NCBI RefSeq assembly: GCF_009914755.1
Contig: NC_060942.1
Source: the human T2T-CHM13v2.0 reference genome, Homo sapiens
Direction: 5' to 3' (one strand)
DNA: 64,000 bases
Under the pieces are notes generated by a model that did no database searches, was not told the origin of the DNA, and worked only from the letters and a program-made list of their open reading frames with translations. How positions within the stretch are numbered: position 1 is the first letter of the stretch; each line of letters starts with the position of its first letter. This document shows, piece after piece, positions 41,601-57,458 of this stretch. The position numbers and the translations under genes are program-made.

Positions 41601-43007
41601 AGGAGTCTTCCCGCCTTAGCCGGGGGATGGGGGAGCTCAACTCTGTGGCACTCTGTTCAAGTTTGTTGCTTTGGGTGACAGATCTTGAACTCGGTTTTGA
41701 AAATTGTTTGGTTAAAACATTGCAAGCTGGGAACCCTGCCAGGTCCTCTTCTCTCTCGAGTGGAATTAGAATAAGGCAGCCTGCCCCGACCCGTTCCAAG
41801 GGTACTGATCCTCAAGTTTTATAAAGCAGCGTCGCTCAAGCCCAGCCCTATCCAGAAGTGGACCATGTGGTGACGTCCCAGGGACCCTGGGAAGATGCTC
41901 CCATCCCCAAATCTATCTGCATTAGCCTGTCCCACCGTGCCCAAACCCACAGCCTTGTAGGGCTTTCCTTGAGCTTTATAGTCAGTTCTGAGTGGGATAG
42001 GTGAGCGCTCCCTGGGTTTGGAGTCCTACAGAGCTCTGCAGGCTCTGTGGAAACCACATCTGCCTTGTCTTATTAGCCCTGCGACCTGGACTACGGGATA
42101 GCAAGTTGTTTACTTTCTTTGAGTCTCAGTTTACTTATCTCTTACCTGGGGAGAGAAGGTGAGCTGACATTTGGGAAGAGGAGTGGGAGACAGTTATTTG
42201 AGGCCCTGGGAACCCAGGGCAAAGGGGTGGGAGATGAGAAAGGGCAGGAGAGCAGCGCTTTTTCCATTCTGCTCTACTCACATTTAAAAATCATTTTACT
42301 CTTAAAAACTGCTCTGTGTGTTTTAAAAAGCACATTACATATGCACGTGGTAAGAATTCCTATGGTGCAAAAGGATGTACATACAGAGAAAAACACTCCT
42401 CCCCCTGCCCCAGCTGCCCAGGTTCTCTCCTCATGGGGAGCCTTGTTGTTATGTCTCATGGATCCTTCCAGGAATCATCTGCATGTTTACTTTTCTGCAC
42501 ATACACTGTAATCTAAACCACATAATTTAATTCAAAGTCATGCAGCATGCTCGGGTTCCTCTCTTAGAAATGTTTGCTATAATGTCCTTAATACCAGGCC
42601 TCATTTGTGTAGGGTGCTCTACAATTTTCAAGGCACCATCCCCCAGCAGTTCTCATCTGAATCCACGGCCTTCTGGAGGTAGAGATGGCAATATCGTTAT
42701 GCTCATTTTGCAGGTCAGGAAGCTGAGGCTCAGAGAGGCCAGGCTGCTTGCCTAAGGCCACATAGTGAGTGACTGATTAAGACGGGACCTGAACACAACC
42801 TGCCTGACTCTCTGGGCAGATGTGTCTTCTTCCTTAAGGGAAACTGCTTTAATCTCCCTATGCTGTGTTGGTAAACAGCAGATGTTTATAAAAAATCATT
42901 AGCCTTCCAAACCAGGGCTCTGTGTAGGTGCTGCTTACAGGCAGACCTGACTAACCCCAGCAGGCCATGGGGCAGGTTGTGGAGACTCAGACCACAGCTG
43001 CTCTCTG

Positions 43008-43275
43008 TGTGTGCACACACACACGTGCAGACATACATGTACACACACACACATCACAGGTGCCACAACATGCATGTACATGCACATATCCATGAATAGA
43101 CATATACCTGCACATGAACACGTTCACACAAATCCCACAGACACATGCTCGCACATGCCCATATCCATACCTACACCATGCACACACACATGCTTATACA
43201 TTCATGATCATGCCACGTACCACACAATACACACATACACAGATGCACGCTCACAGACACATGCACATACACACA
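43008..43275 (+). repeat. CA-rich low-complexity tract
   Basis: Degenerate cacacatg/cacatac runs. Confidence 0.85.
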
Positions 43276-43809
43276 GCCTTGAGACTCCAGAAGGGCAAAC
43301 ACAGCACGTGGAATCCTGGTCCTCAGGTCCTCCTTTGCCCCAGTGCGGAGGGCAGGTTGCAGAGGCCTCTGGGAAAGGCCATATGAGTGGCCGTGTTAGA
43401 TTCATTGGGAGCCATTTCACCCCTAGGAAACATTTTCATTTTGTGTCATCACAGCCTTGTGAATGGGGAGCGTGCACTTCCACCCAGGGCTGCAGGAGGA
43501 TGTGTGAGGGAGTAGGGGCTGAGCTAAGCCGCAGTCCTGCTGGGCCTTTATTCTCAGCTCATGGACACTCCATCGGCTTCAGATAACATCTGGAGCCAAA
43601 GCCCAGGAAATGGGCAGGGGAGGGAGCAGAAGCCAAGTCAGCCTGTGCGCTGCTGCAGTTTCAGGGCCTGGTGGAGTCCCTGTGTCAGTCCAGAGTGTCC
43701 CCTCCCGAGGCCTACATGACCTCTGCCAGAGTTTGACTGACACTCATCGAAATGTGAATACCCACGTGAGCCCCAAGGCAGTGACCTTACCAGTAAGTTG
43801 CTGAAGGAA

Positions 43810-44410
<601 letters not shown>

Positions 44411-45121
44411 TATGACTGGGATCATCACAGAGGGACTGAAGCAGAGTTCACGAGGGACCTGGAGTGCCAGGTGGGAGGAGAGGTAAGCAGGGAGGCAGAA
44501 AACAGTGCCTGAAGCCTTGAAAATGGAAACCAATTTGGACACCCAGTGCTGCACCAGCTGGCCACTCAGGGCTGGGGTTTGTCCTCAGCCTTCCTGACTT
44601 TGCTGCTGGCATTTTCATGGCTAATTAACATGTCATGGGGGTGGAGAGGAAGAAAAACTCAAAACAATTGATTTGTCTATTTGCCAGCACATCTGGGAAA
44701 AGGCTGGGTGTGGGAGGTCAAAATCAAGGCTAAAAATCAGTGCTTTGCATTCTCAAGGAAACACACGGATCTGCAGGAAAGCTCTAGGAAGTCAAAGCTC
44801 AACTATAAACTCTTGAGACAGCAGTGGGCATGGAGGGAGGAGGCATTTAAAGCTCTTCTGGCTTTGTGAGGAGAAGGGTGACACAGAAACCTGGCTCATG
44901 ATAAGGAAGCCAATGAAGAAGTCATCATCCATCCTTCCCTCCCTCCATCCGTAAGCATCCGCCAAGCACCCAGATTGCATCCAGCCCTGTCCTGAGGGTG
45001 CTCTGGGTGTTGCATGGAGACAATACAGGGACTTTTCTCTTTAAGCATTCAGATTCACATTCAGAACATTGAGAGCACAACTCAAAATTGAGTCCCCACC
45101 TCAATAAACGACAACGCCATT

Positions 45122-45601
45122 TGTATCAGTTAGCTTTTTCTGTATAACAATCACTCCAAAATTTGGCCTTAAAACAACAACCTTTTATGCAGCTCACAAG
45201 TCAGTGGGTTGGTAATTTGGGTTGGGCTCAGCTGGGAAGTCCTTTTGGTCTTCTTGGGCTCACTCACATTGCTGCAGTCAGCTGGGACAGATGGGTCTAG
45301 GACAGTTTATTTGTATATCACATGGTCTGTCATTCTCCAGCAGGTTAGCCTGGGCTTGTTCTTATGGTAGAGGCAGGAGACCAAGAGAGAGTGGAAACTG
45401 CAAGGTCTCTTGAGGCCTGGGCTCAGAATTGGCATGATGTCACTTCTGCTACCTTCTATTGGCCTAAGCCAGTCACGTGGCCATGCCCAGAGGCAAGGGG
45501 TGGGAAAGTAGACTCTGCCTTTAATGGGAGGAGCTTGTATGGGAGGGTAAGCATACAAGGAGGGGAGAAATTGAGGCCATTTTTGCAAACTATCAGCCAC
45601 A
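45122..45601 (-). mobile_element. MaLR solo LTR (MLT1H-like)
   Basis: tgtatcagttagc...cttaaaacaacaacc...gggctcagctggg...ttctattggcctaagccagtcac...ggccatttttgcaaactatcagccaca; TG...CA termini. Confidence 0.85.
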
Positions 45602-46252
45602 CCAATCTTCTAGTTGCTTAGCAAGCAAGATATGGAGTCTATCTTGTCCTCTGTCTCTCAGGTTTTACATCCAATCCATGAACAAATCTTGTCACCTGTA
45701 CCCTTGAAATGAAATATATTTTGGATCTGACCATTCCTTTCACCTTCCCCCGATTGCCACCCTAGTCCAAGAAACCATCATCTCTTCCCTGGTTCCTGCT
45801 TCTTACCTTTGCCTTCTGCAGCCTATTCTATTCAGCAGCCAGAGAGTCAAGACCTGTCACTTCTCTGCTCAGATACCCTCCTCAGAGTCAAAGGCAACAT
45901 CCTGTAATGACCAGTGAGGTCCTGCACCATCTGTCTCCCCAGCCCCCAAGATCAGTATCACCTAAACTCCTACCACTCAAGCCTCCCGAAGTTTCTCAAA
46001 ATTCAGGCTTGCCCTCACCACAGGGCCTTTGCGTGTGCAGTTCTGTCTGCCCAGAAAGCACTTTGCCTGGATATCTGCCAGTTCAGTCCTCACCTTCTTC
46101 AGCTCTTTACACAATAGTTATCTTCTCAGTGAAGGTTCTCTTGGCAGTCATATTTAAAATGGAACCCCCCCAACCTTTTCTTCTTCCTGCTTCATTTTTT
46201 CCATAGCTCTGTCATCATCAATACATGACATATTTTCTTATATATCTACTTA

Positions 46253-46606
<354 letters not shown>

Positions 46607-46645
46607 TTATTTTTTTCTAGCAGCCACATTAAAAAAGTGAAAACA

Positions 46646-46951
<306 letters not shown>

Positions 46952-49133
46952 TCAATTGTAATAATATACATTATTTAATTAACTACATCCAAAATATTAT
47001 CAGTATTTAATTAATTTTAAAAGTTACTAATTTTTTACATTATTTTGTTTGCACTAAGTCTCTGATGTCTTGTGTCTGTTTTACATATGACAGCACATGT
47101 GAATTTGAACTAGCCATATTTCACATTTGGTAACCATACAGGACAGGACAGAACTAGATTGCAGTTCCACAATGGCAAGGATTTTTAACTGCTTCATCAC
47201 GGCTGCTTCCCTAGCACCTAGAACAATGTCTCACATGTAGAAGGCATGCAATAAATATTTGATGATTGAATAAGTCAAATTCTGAATCAAATACAATTAT
47301 GTGGAAAGATAGTTACAGACCCAGAAAAGAGCTATCAACTGGCTATATCCATGCTCTGGGCTGTGAGGGCAGGACTGTGAAGGGGAGAAAGTTAGTTTTT
47401 CTGTCTCAGTCTTGCCAAGTCATTCAGCACCTCCGTGGTTTTCCATTCTCTCTGGACAGACAGAAAATCTTGCAAGTTCATCCACACTAGGAAACAATAG
47501 CGAGTTAATGTGTTGCCCTCTTTTGGGCATTTGCACATTGAAAGTAAAAGTGAGAGAGAGAGCAATGCTTAATCCAAAGCAATGATTCCCTCCTGGAGAA
47601 TTTTTGGCTCTAGTGGGAACGCTATTACTGGACCATGAGTCTTTCTGATGTCCCCGAGTTCACCCCAGAAGTAGGCTGTCAGCCAGGGTGCTTCTGTTGA
47701 CAGGCTGCCCTTGGGTGGCCTGTTGCTGGGTGCCCTTGCTACTCTCCCCTGCCTGGTATTTTACTACAGACGGCACTGGAGCTTGATGGGAAGAGGGGGA
47801 CTTGGGAGGTGCAGGTGCTCTCAGAGTTTGGGAATATGTCCAGTTCAAGGAAATCATTGAGCCATCCTCCGTAGCCAGCCCTAGGCCAGACCTCAGGGAG
47901 GGTGAAAAGCCTCTATACTTTGTAAGACACTTTCAATGGGGGAGGAGGTGGGGGAACTTCATAGCATTCCCCCTGCTAGGTGGGCAAGCAAGACACAACA
48001 TGCTTGTTTTGCAGATTGGAAAGCTGAAGTTCAGAGACAGGAAGTGGGTACCCAAGTCACTCCCCTGAGAGCCTGCCGGGACTCTCCTCTAGGGGAGCAG
48101 GCACAATCTCGGCCTGAGGGGCCTTTTGGGTCTAGCTGGAGTGACCGGGTCAAAGGGCTGCTGGCTTGAAATAACTGCATGATATTAAGCAATGAGCGGA
48201 GTGGGCAGCGCACAGCTGGACCAGGCCTACCTGGGGAAGGCCAACAGGGGTGGGAGGCAGGGCAGTCACAAGGCAGGGGCAGCCAAGGGGCTGATGGAGC
48301 CCCTCGAGGTAACTGGAGACGGACAGGCCTCTGCTGCTTGTTAGGCATATGGGATCTGGCAGCTCCAAGAAGCCTATAGCTCTGCCTTTCCCAGGCATCT
48401 CCTCCCTCCCCCCTTCCTCTTTGCATCCTTTTGTTATCTCTCTTCCCCTGCTCTCCTCTAACCTTCTTTCTTTCCTGTCTTCCTTTCTCATGTATTTCCA
48501 CTGACGTCCACCGTCTCTTTTTCTCTCATGCACACCTCCCCTCCCCAATACCCCAGAGTGCTAGACAGGGCTGCCCCATGAGCAGTGATGGTTGGGAATC
48601 TAATTTTACTGACCCTGGCTCCCTCTGAAAGCAAGCAGATATCCACTCACTGATGTGATCTGATTTCAGGGGCGTGTGGAGGTCAACTCCCATGGCGCCT
48701 CCACTCACCGGCTGCTGTCTGAAATCCCACCATTAGAACTTCATAGCACCAGCTCCTTAAAACGTAACCACTCCTGAGAAAAGCCATGGTCCAAGCTCTT
48801 CTTCTAAACTCTTCCCCATCATCACACATCAGAATGGATGGCTTCGGGAGCCAGGCTTGGGGCAGAACAGAGGAGGGCACAGGAGAAAGGGGCATCAGAC
48901 GAAACAATTCTCCCAGGAGAAATGGGAGGCAGAGGAATAAAGCTACTCTCTGTCCTGTCCACCGTATTCACAGGGCCGGGCTTGTGTAAGCATACTGTGT
49001 GTTCTGCACACCTCAATAGGAAGGGGCCCCATCGAAGTGGCTTTCTGAACTGGGTCCCCTCCTTTTGGCACCAGACAATGCTAACGTGGTCCAGGTAGCC
49101 ACCCTAGCATGTCTTGAAAGTTATTGGGGTTTG

Positions 49134-49431
49134 GGCCAGATGCGGTGGCTCACGCCTGTAATCTCAGCACTTTGGGAGGCTGAGGAGGGTGGATCACCTG
49201 AGTTCAGGAGTTCGAGACCAGCCTGGCCAACATGGTGAAACCCCATCTCTACTAAAAATACAAAAATTAGCCAGGTGTGGTGGTGTGTGCCTGTAATCCC
49301 AGTTACTCAGGAGGCTGAGGCAGGAGAATTGCTTGAACCCAGGAGGTGGAGGTTGCAGTGAGCCTAGATCGCATCATTGTACTCTAGCCTGGGCAACAAG
49401 AGCAGGACTCCATCTTAAAAAAAAAAAGAAA
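49134..49431 (+). mobile_element. Full-length Alu (AluS-type)
   Basis: Perfect 18-bp TSD gaaagttattggggtttg at 49116-49133 and 49432-49449. Confidence 0.97.
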
Positions 49432-49937
49432 GAAAGTTATTGGGGTTTGGAGATTTGCTTTTTTGCTTTTAATTTACTTGAGTCTTTGTTAAAAATATAA
49501 TAGTAGGAGAATATCTGAACTCATGACCTAAGACGAACTCTACATGGTTTGCAAAAGCCACCCAATGCCATCCACAGTGCAGACCCCTCCTTCCCTGGCC
49601 AGGAATGGCAGGATGAGGACTTCTGTTTTGGGTCTGAAATTGCTTCTTCTTCTGTTAGTTGATTGTGATGCACACTGACCACCTCCGTCCTGGGTCTCCT
49701 CAGTTCATGCTGGACCTGCAACTGGGCCCCTATACTCATTGCAAAGAATTCCCAGTCTTTCTGTCTGTAATTCTTCAAAGCTAGTCTTTCTACCTTGCAC
49801 TTTATCTGCTTTAGTTTTGTTTCTCCCTCTGACACCATCAAATTCCATGCAGTTTTAAAATGCTGAGAGGCAGCTGCTTGCACATGACCAAGGTTTTTGG
49901 CAAGATGATGCTTCCTCCATGCTCACCTGTTCGTGAT

Positions 49938-50065
49938 CATTCATTCATTCATTCATTCATTCATTCAGTGAGTTCTTACTGTGTATTAGGATCTGTGCCA
50001 GGCAGTAGGGGTAAAGGTGAATGAGACAGACCTAGGCTCTGCCTTCATGGAGTGTACAGTCTTCT
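49938..50065 (-). mobile_element. L2 3' end with (TTCA)n tail, antisense
   Basis: (cattc/attc)n then tactgtgt...gtgccaggca.tagggg.aaaggtgaatgagacagac...ctgccttcatggag. Confidence 0.75.
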
Positions 50066-53000
50066 GACCACATATGCCTTCCACAAAATGCCTTGTTAGG
50101 ATTGTGGCAGGAATGTGTCCATACACTTTGTTGGTTTAGATGGGGAAAGTATCTTCTTGGATGGATCATGCCCAGAATATTGTCCCATTATGCACAGAGG
50201 TTTTCTTCTGTAATTGTATCCTGTCTCTAACCAAATCTTCTAGGCTTCTTTCCCTTACTCCTGGTCCATGATGGCAACTGGAGCTAAATACTGGCCCTTT
50301 GCTGCTTGTTGGAAGCTTGCTGCTTAATTGTCTCATACCCATGGGCAAGTAGGGTTCCTTAGGATGCAAAGTCCCCTCCCATCAGTGTTTTGAGAGCAGG
50401 AATTCAGTTCCTTGGAAGAAGCTGAGCTTTTCATTAGAGATCAAAGCCTGGCCCTGGGGAAGCATCACAAAGCTGCTCTTGGCTGTAAAGGATCCCTTTG
50501 GGCATATCACTTTCTTTCTAGGCCCTTGGCATACTCCATTGGACTGGGAACCAATAGATAGAGAGGGAGGAAAGCAGACCCATGGCAGCCCTGGGGGCTA
50601 AGCCAAGCAATAGGCCTCTTGGGGTTGATGAGACTGGAGCAAAAGAGGTTAAACTGATACACCTGGAGTACATAAGGAACCCGGAAAGAATGGCCTTTGA
50701 AGCTGGGTTCTGGGCAGATGGCCCACTTTCGTTTTCTTCATCTCTGATTTATCTGGTGTGTAGTCAAGTAGTTAGCTTATGTAGTGTACCCCAGACTCTC
50801 AGTTCTGCCGTTCAAGGTTCCCCACAATTTCCCCACACCCTCATTTTTCCTGTATCACTTTCCCAAGCACCCTGCCTCTGAATGACTCACAAAGGGTGCA
50901 TTACCTAGTTGCATGAAATCCGAATTTGTCCCAGGCTAGAAAAGTCAGTGTGGGCCATTGAGAGACTCAGAAGATACAGGAAACAAGATTCTGAGCTGTA
51001 TCCATGCAGAGGGGAGAGGAGGCTCCCTGGGGGCCATGTTGAGTAGAACGTGAAGTCTGTCTTTGGACATGGGCCTCCTCTGGACTACATCTCCCTCCAC
51101 CTGGGCGCAGCCCCACCGGCTTGCTCCCTGAGGACCCAAGACTTGCTCTCTCCTTACTGCCATGCTTCTTCCCCCCGACCGAGGTCCAGCTCTCTGTGCC
51201 TTCACAGATGGTGACTGTCCAGTTTGGCAACTTTAACTATGATCAGGCCAAAAGGAGGGTAGATGTTGCAGGGAATTTGCATCATCTCCTGGTGGGCCAA
51301 AAAGGGCCCTGGAAGTACTCCAGGTCACACCCCCGCCCTTTGCTGGTGTTCACACTCCTCTTCTGAGCAGTTAGTGGGCCTCTGCATGGACATCTGCAGT
51401 GATAAGGAACTTTGGGAGACAAAATAAATTCTGAGAAATGTCTTCCTTATGTTGACTCAAATCCGCCTACTGGAAAGACCTTTAGCCTTTGACTGCAGCT
51501 ATTACCTGACCCAGAGTTTCCTCTTCCCTGCTCATGCCCAGATTCTCCAACTGTTCCTAGTGTCAGATTACTCAAGTCCCTTCACAACCCTGCTGTCCAT
51601 CATCAGAGTCCAGTTTATCAATGTCCATTTTAATATGAGTTTCCCAAAATCAGTTCCAGTACCCAGGAGTTTCCTTCAACCTTTCCATCAGTTAAACCCT
51701 GTGAAATGCAAGCCCTAAAGCCTTTCCTTTGGGGGATGTCCAAAGGCCCTGGGATTTGTCTTGCTACAGAAGCACCCAAGGGCCTGGAAACATTTGGCCT
51801 GCTCTACAGAGGCAGGGCTTGTCCTTGGCATTTCCTTAGTCTAGGGAGGAGGCCTGGGGCTATTGGCCAAGGCAAACTGCACTGTGCCTGAGCAGTTGTG
51901 CTCACCTCAGCCATTCCTCAGCATCTCCCAAAGAAGAGATTCAAGCCTATTCCCCATGGAGGCCAGGAGCTAGTGCTTTGTTTCTTGGTTACTGTCATAG
52001 GCAGGAACAGGCTTACTCCTAGGGGAACTCAGGAGAGAGAGAGGGATGGGGAGAAGAGGTGGTACCACCAGGACCATGGCATGTTATTTCCATTCGGCAA
52101 GCCACCAGGCAGGTGGGTTCCTCTCTGGGCATACCACGTGGAGACGTGTATGGTTGTATGAGGACCCATGTGCTGGAAGGCCGTGACACTGATGTGGCAG
52201 AGCAGGGGGATCACACTGCAGCACTGGGACTCAGGAGGCCTGGATGCCAGCCCCAACTTGGCCATGACTACTCTAGAGCCCTCAGACATGCCACCCCAGA
52301 TTTCCTGGCCTCCAGATCTTCATCTGTAGAATGAAGGCTGTGTGATCTCTGCACTTCATTTAGCTAGGATATTGGAGGATTCCATGAAGAACTATGCTTC
52401 TTTACTAGCTAATAACTTCATCCTTACCTGTTCTAAAATAAAGAACTCTTTCTTCCTCCTTTCCCTCGTTCCTCCTTCTTCACTGTCCTCTCTCCATGTC
52501 CTTCCCTCTTTCTTTTCCTCTTTTATCCAGTATCTCATTATCCTCCTGTCTCAGAATATCTCTAAGAATATTCCCTTCTAAGAACAAAGGGCATTTACTG
52601 CATGGTACCTCCTCCGAAAACACTCACTTCGCAACTTTATTGGAGATAAAATTCATACACAAACAAAATGCCAAGTATAATGGCCTAAATGCCACAAATC
52701 AGATGGAGAGGAGAATTTCATCCACCTGGGAAGGTCTTGGAGGGCTCCCAGGGGAGTTAACATCTGCCCAGGATAGTCAGGGTTGGACAGGATGCAATGG
52801 TCTGGCAAAGCAGGGTGGCAGTGCCAGAGGGCAGAGAATGGCTGTCGAGGGCCCAGAGGCAGGCAAGGCCCCTGGGGGTCTGGGAGAGATGAGGAAGGTC
52901 AGATACAGCAGTGAGAGAGAGCAAGGCTGGGAGGGGGATTTGGGCAGGGAATGGAATGCTTAGAACTGTGCTTTAGGAAAGTTAACGTGGCAGCCATTTA

Positions 53001-54364
53001 TTTGGAAGAGGGATTTCGAAGGTCAGCGCTGGTCCTTGTTTCTCCCTGGTTCCAGCCCACTTCAAATGCTGGGTGTCACATCACAGCTCTGATGTGCCCA
53101 TCTCAGGTCTGCTCTGTCCAGCTCTAGGACCCTGGCGGCGGTACAACACTGAACACAAACATCTTCCTGGCGCTTTCTACTTTCTACTTAGCCTCCCCGT
53201 GAATAAGATGAGAGGCCTGGTCAGAAGCTATTTGAGGCCCCTGCCAGCAAAGAGATTTCAGCAGGTGTGTGGGATCAGCAGCATCACTGCAGGTCACAAG
53301 TCCAGGAAACTAGGGCCTGGAGAAGTCCATGGGGCTGTCCAGGTCTGACTGTGAGGGGAAGTGCCCTGGCCTTTGGGACAGAGACCTTACACCGGGTGAC
53401 TCTGCCTGGCTTTGAAGACTTCTTGGTAGTGATGCCTTCCTCACTGGCCTCTGTGGGCAGAGACCTGCTTTTCAAAAGGCTGGCTTTCTTTGCTGCTTGT
53501 GTGGGCTTTTCAAAAAGGAGCCAGCGCTGAACCCCGGCTCTTGAGGCTGAGCCTCTCCAGCCCTGCGGCCGGCTGTCCTGTCTTCTTTCTCCCTGCCCCT
53601 CCCTGGTGCCTTTGGAGAGGGAGTCTCGGGCCTTCCCCTCCTTTCTGACCATCAGGGCCCTGCCTCCAGTGTCCCCTCCCTGTTCTGCCCCAACACTGGG
53701 GAAGAGTGAGGCTGGCTCAGTAGCTGAGCACAGCGGGAAACCTGACACCTGAGAGCTGGCCTGAGGAGGCGGGAACTCGGGCTTCCGGGGAACCCCAGAG
53801 AAGCCTGGGAGGGTTTGGATCCCATCCTACTCTCCCAGGATCCCACATCCCTGGAGCAGGCAGAGCTGGCTCTGGTCAGCTGCCAGGCCTGCAACAGGGA
53901 CCCTGGGCAGACCTGTGCTTGAATTGCCCACCAGCAGAAGGCCATCATCCCTGGGGTAGCCCCGGGTGGGTGGCAGGCCAGGTAGAGATGTCAGGTGCCC
54001 TGTGGGGCCTTTCAGGCTGCCTGTTCTTCCCCTCTTTCAGCCCCCTTTTCCTTGGAGGACTGGAAGGCAGTGCCTCTCAGCCCTGGAGTCTTGAGGATGA
54101 AACTCCACTTTCCTCCAGAGCAAGTCCTGGGGCTGGAGCATCAGGACCTCCAGCTCGGGAGTCAGTCTTCCCTGAAGAAGCCTTGCTGCCTTCCACGGTC
54201 CCTGGCATCTGACTTCTTGGCCTGGCTCTTTGCTCCTGCCCAGGCTCAGCCCTCATTCCACTCCCCTCATCTGCTGGCCAGAGGAGCCTCCTGACTGCAC
54301 CCAGTGTGTCCTCTTGGTGTCCTGGCCCTATTTCTGCACTGTCCTCCTCCCTGGGAGGCCCCCC

Positions 54365-54721
54365 GTCTTAGTCTGTTTTGGATGCTCTAACAGAAGGCCA
54401 TAGGCTGGGAGCTTATGAACAACAGAAATGCACTAATCACAGTTCTGGAGGCTGGGCAGTCCAAGATCAAGGTGTTGGGAGATTTGGTGTCTGGTAAGGG
54501 TCCGCCTCCTCATAGATGGTTCCTTCCCTCTGTGTTCTCACTGGTGGAAGCAGCAAGCCGGCTCTTTGGGGCCTCTTTTATAAGGGCAATAATCCTATTC
54601 ATTGGGTTTTATCCCCACTATCTAATCACCTCCCAAAGGCCCTGCCTCCTAAATCCATCACCTTGGCGGTTAGGATTTGAACATATGACTTTGGGGTGAC
54701 ACCAACATTCAGACCACAGCA
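54365..54721 (-). mobile_element. MaLR solo LTR (MLT1A/MST-like)
   Basis: gtcttagtctgtttt...aacaacagaaat..cacagttctggaggctgggcagtccaagatcaaggtg...taatcacctcccaaaggcc...aacattcagaccacagca. Confidence 0.88.
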
Positions 54722-55210
54722 CTCTCTCACTGCTACCATATTTCATCAAGCTTCCTGACTCCCTGGGCTCTGTTCCCTTCTGCCCGTCCACATTTGGCTT
54801 TCAGGAAACACCTTGCTTCAAATTTCTACTTTGTTACTTATCAGATGAGTGTCCCAGGCAAGGCAGTGAGCCTTTTAGAGACTCGGGGACCTTGTCACTG
54901 TTATCCCCACCCACCTTCCCCACTGATCTCTGCTTCTCCCTTTCCTTTCCCTCCCCTATGGGTTCTTCTGTCCTCCTATCCACCCACTATCCAGCAGCCA
55001 GCAGTCCCCAGGCATTTGTGGGTCACCTATAGTGTGTACCATGTGTGCCAGGTGGGCGTCAGGCGAGCCCAGCACCTGTGGGTTCCCCCTGTCCCAGCTG
55101 TGCAGGGCTATCCTCAGCCCTGGACCCACCTCACTCAGGCCCCCACCCCCTGCTTTATGGTACAGCTCCTGGCCAATTCTCAGGTGTGCTCACTGTCCTT
55201 ATCAACTCCA

Positions 55211-55388
55211 GAATTCTAAGATGCACATTTTTCTTCTGAAATGAATGTGTGTCTTACCATTGATGTGTTTATTTAATGTGGTGTTTGTTTGTTTCTGGGA
55301 GACCCTTCTTTCTCCCTACTCCCTAAAAATATTATTTAGCTCATAATGGGTCTTTCAACTGATGTCATTTTAGCCTGGGGAAATATGA
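55211..55388. mobile_element. MER104-like (Tc2) MITE body
   Basis: attctaagatgcacattttt...tctgaaat...gtcttaccattgatg...ttttag...gaaatatg. Confidence 0.5.
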
Positions 55389-56269
55389 CAAATGCATAAT
55401 GTAATCAGTGACATCTGGAGATTATTTTTTAACTTGAAGGAGTAACTCTAACAGGGAAAATTGCAGGTTGTCTATTAATGGGGTATTTGGGATGTCTGTT
55501 TTTCAGACATCACTGATCGTTGATTTGTCATGGACCCAGATATTCTATCCTGGGAGTTTCACTCCTTGGATCTTAGGGACCAAACAGAGCAGCTGCTGCC
55601 TGGTACTGTTACAGACCCTACATGATTTAGGGCTGAGGAGAGGCCCCAGGGGGCAAGGTGGATGTTTCCACTTCCAGTTCCCTTCTCAGCAGGGTGCTGA
55701 GACCAAGAACCACTCTGGGGATGGAGATGGTGGAGGGAAGAAGCACAGCCTCCCAGAAGGGAAGTCAAAGGACCTTGCAGGTAGAAATTGCCTAGAATGT
55801 TACAGACAGCCAGGTACCTGTGCCCACCTTCCTCTGGCTGCCACCCCGGAGAGAAGGCATCTGCTTTCACTTCCCAGTGCGTCTGCTGGAGGGCACAGGT
55901 TGTAGGATGGTAGAAACCTCCCCAGGCTGGGGCGGTTGGTGCTCCTCCTAATGAGGCTCGAGAGAAACCTGAAGGCCCCTTGGACAGAGTGGGTACTCTC
56001 ATGGCAGGAGGGGCTGCTGCGAGGCAGGCAGCTGCACGTTCATGGCAGTGGGGGAGGCTCCACCAGGGCCCACCCGGGAGGGTACTGGCCAGCTCTGCCT
56101 GACCTGGCCCTCCCATGCCACAGCATCAAAACCCAGAGCCTACTTGGCCCCACTTGCCATTCTCTTTCCCGTTCCGTTTCAAACCAGTCTGCCTTCAACC
56201 AGCCTCAAACCCGCAGCCCCTTCGAGCCACGGAGCTTCCCTCACTCCCCACAACAATCTGTCAGACAAG

Positions 56270-57077
<808 letters not shown>

Positions 57078-57140
57078 TTAGGAAACTTGGCTGAAATGCT
57101 TTGCTCTGTGTACGGAGTTGGCTTTTTTCCTATAGAGTTG

Positions 57141-57458
57141 CACTGTCCAAAATGGAAGTCACTCACCTCCAGTGGCTCCTGGGCACTTGGAATGAGGCTA
57201 GGGCGAATTGACATGTGTGGCAAGTACAAAATAGCCACCAGATTTTGAGGACATAGTAAGAAAAGGAAAGAGTTTTAAAAAGCTCAATAATTTTTTACAT
57301 AGAATACATATTGAAATAACATTTTGGATATGATGAATTACAGAAACATATATTATTAAAATTAATTTCAACTGTTTCTTTTTACTTTTAAAAGGTGACT
57401 ACTAGGAAATGTAAAATTCCCTGTGTGGCCCACATTATAATTCTGTCGGACAGTGCTG
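57141..57458 (-). mobile_element. MER33-like hAT-Charlie element, opposite orientation to the 46263 copy
   Basis: cactgtccaaaatgg...gcacttggaatgaggctag...ttttggata...attaaaattaatttca...ctactaggaaat...cacattata..tct.tcggacagtgctg. Confidence 0.85.

Noticed and set aside
47423-47440. Additional RE1 site (TTCAGCACC); similar left halves near 19834, 44197 and 55693
   Set aside because: Left half-sites only, with no GGACAG right half at canonical spacing.
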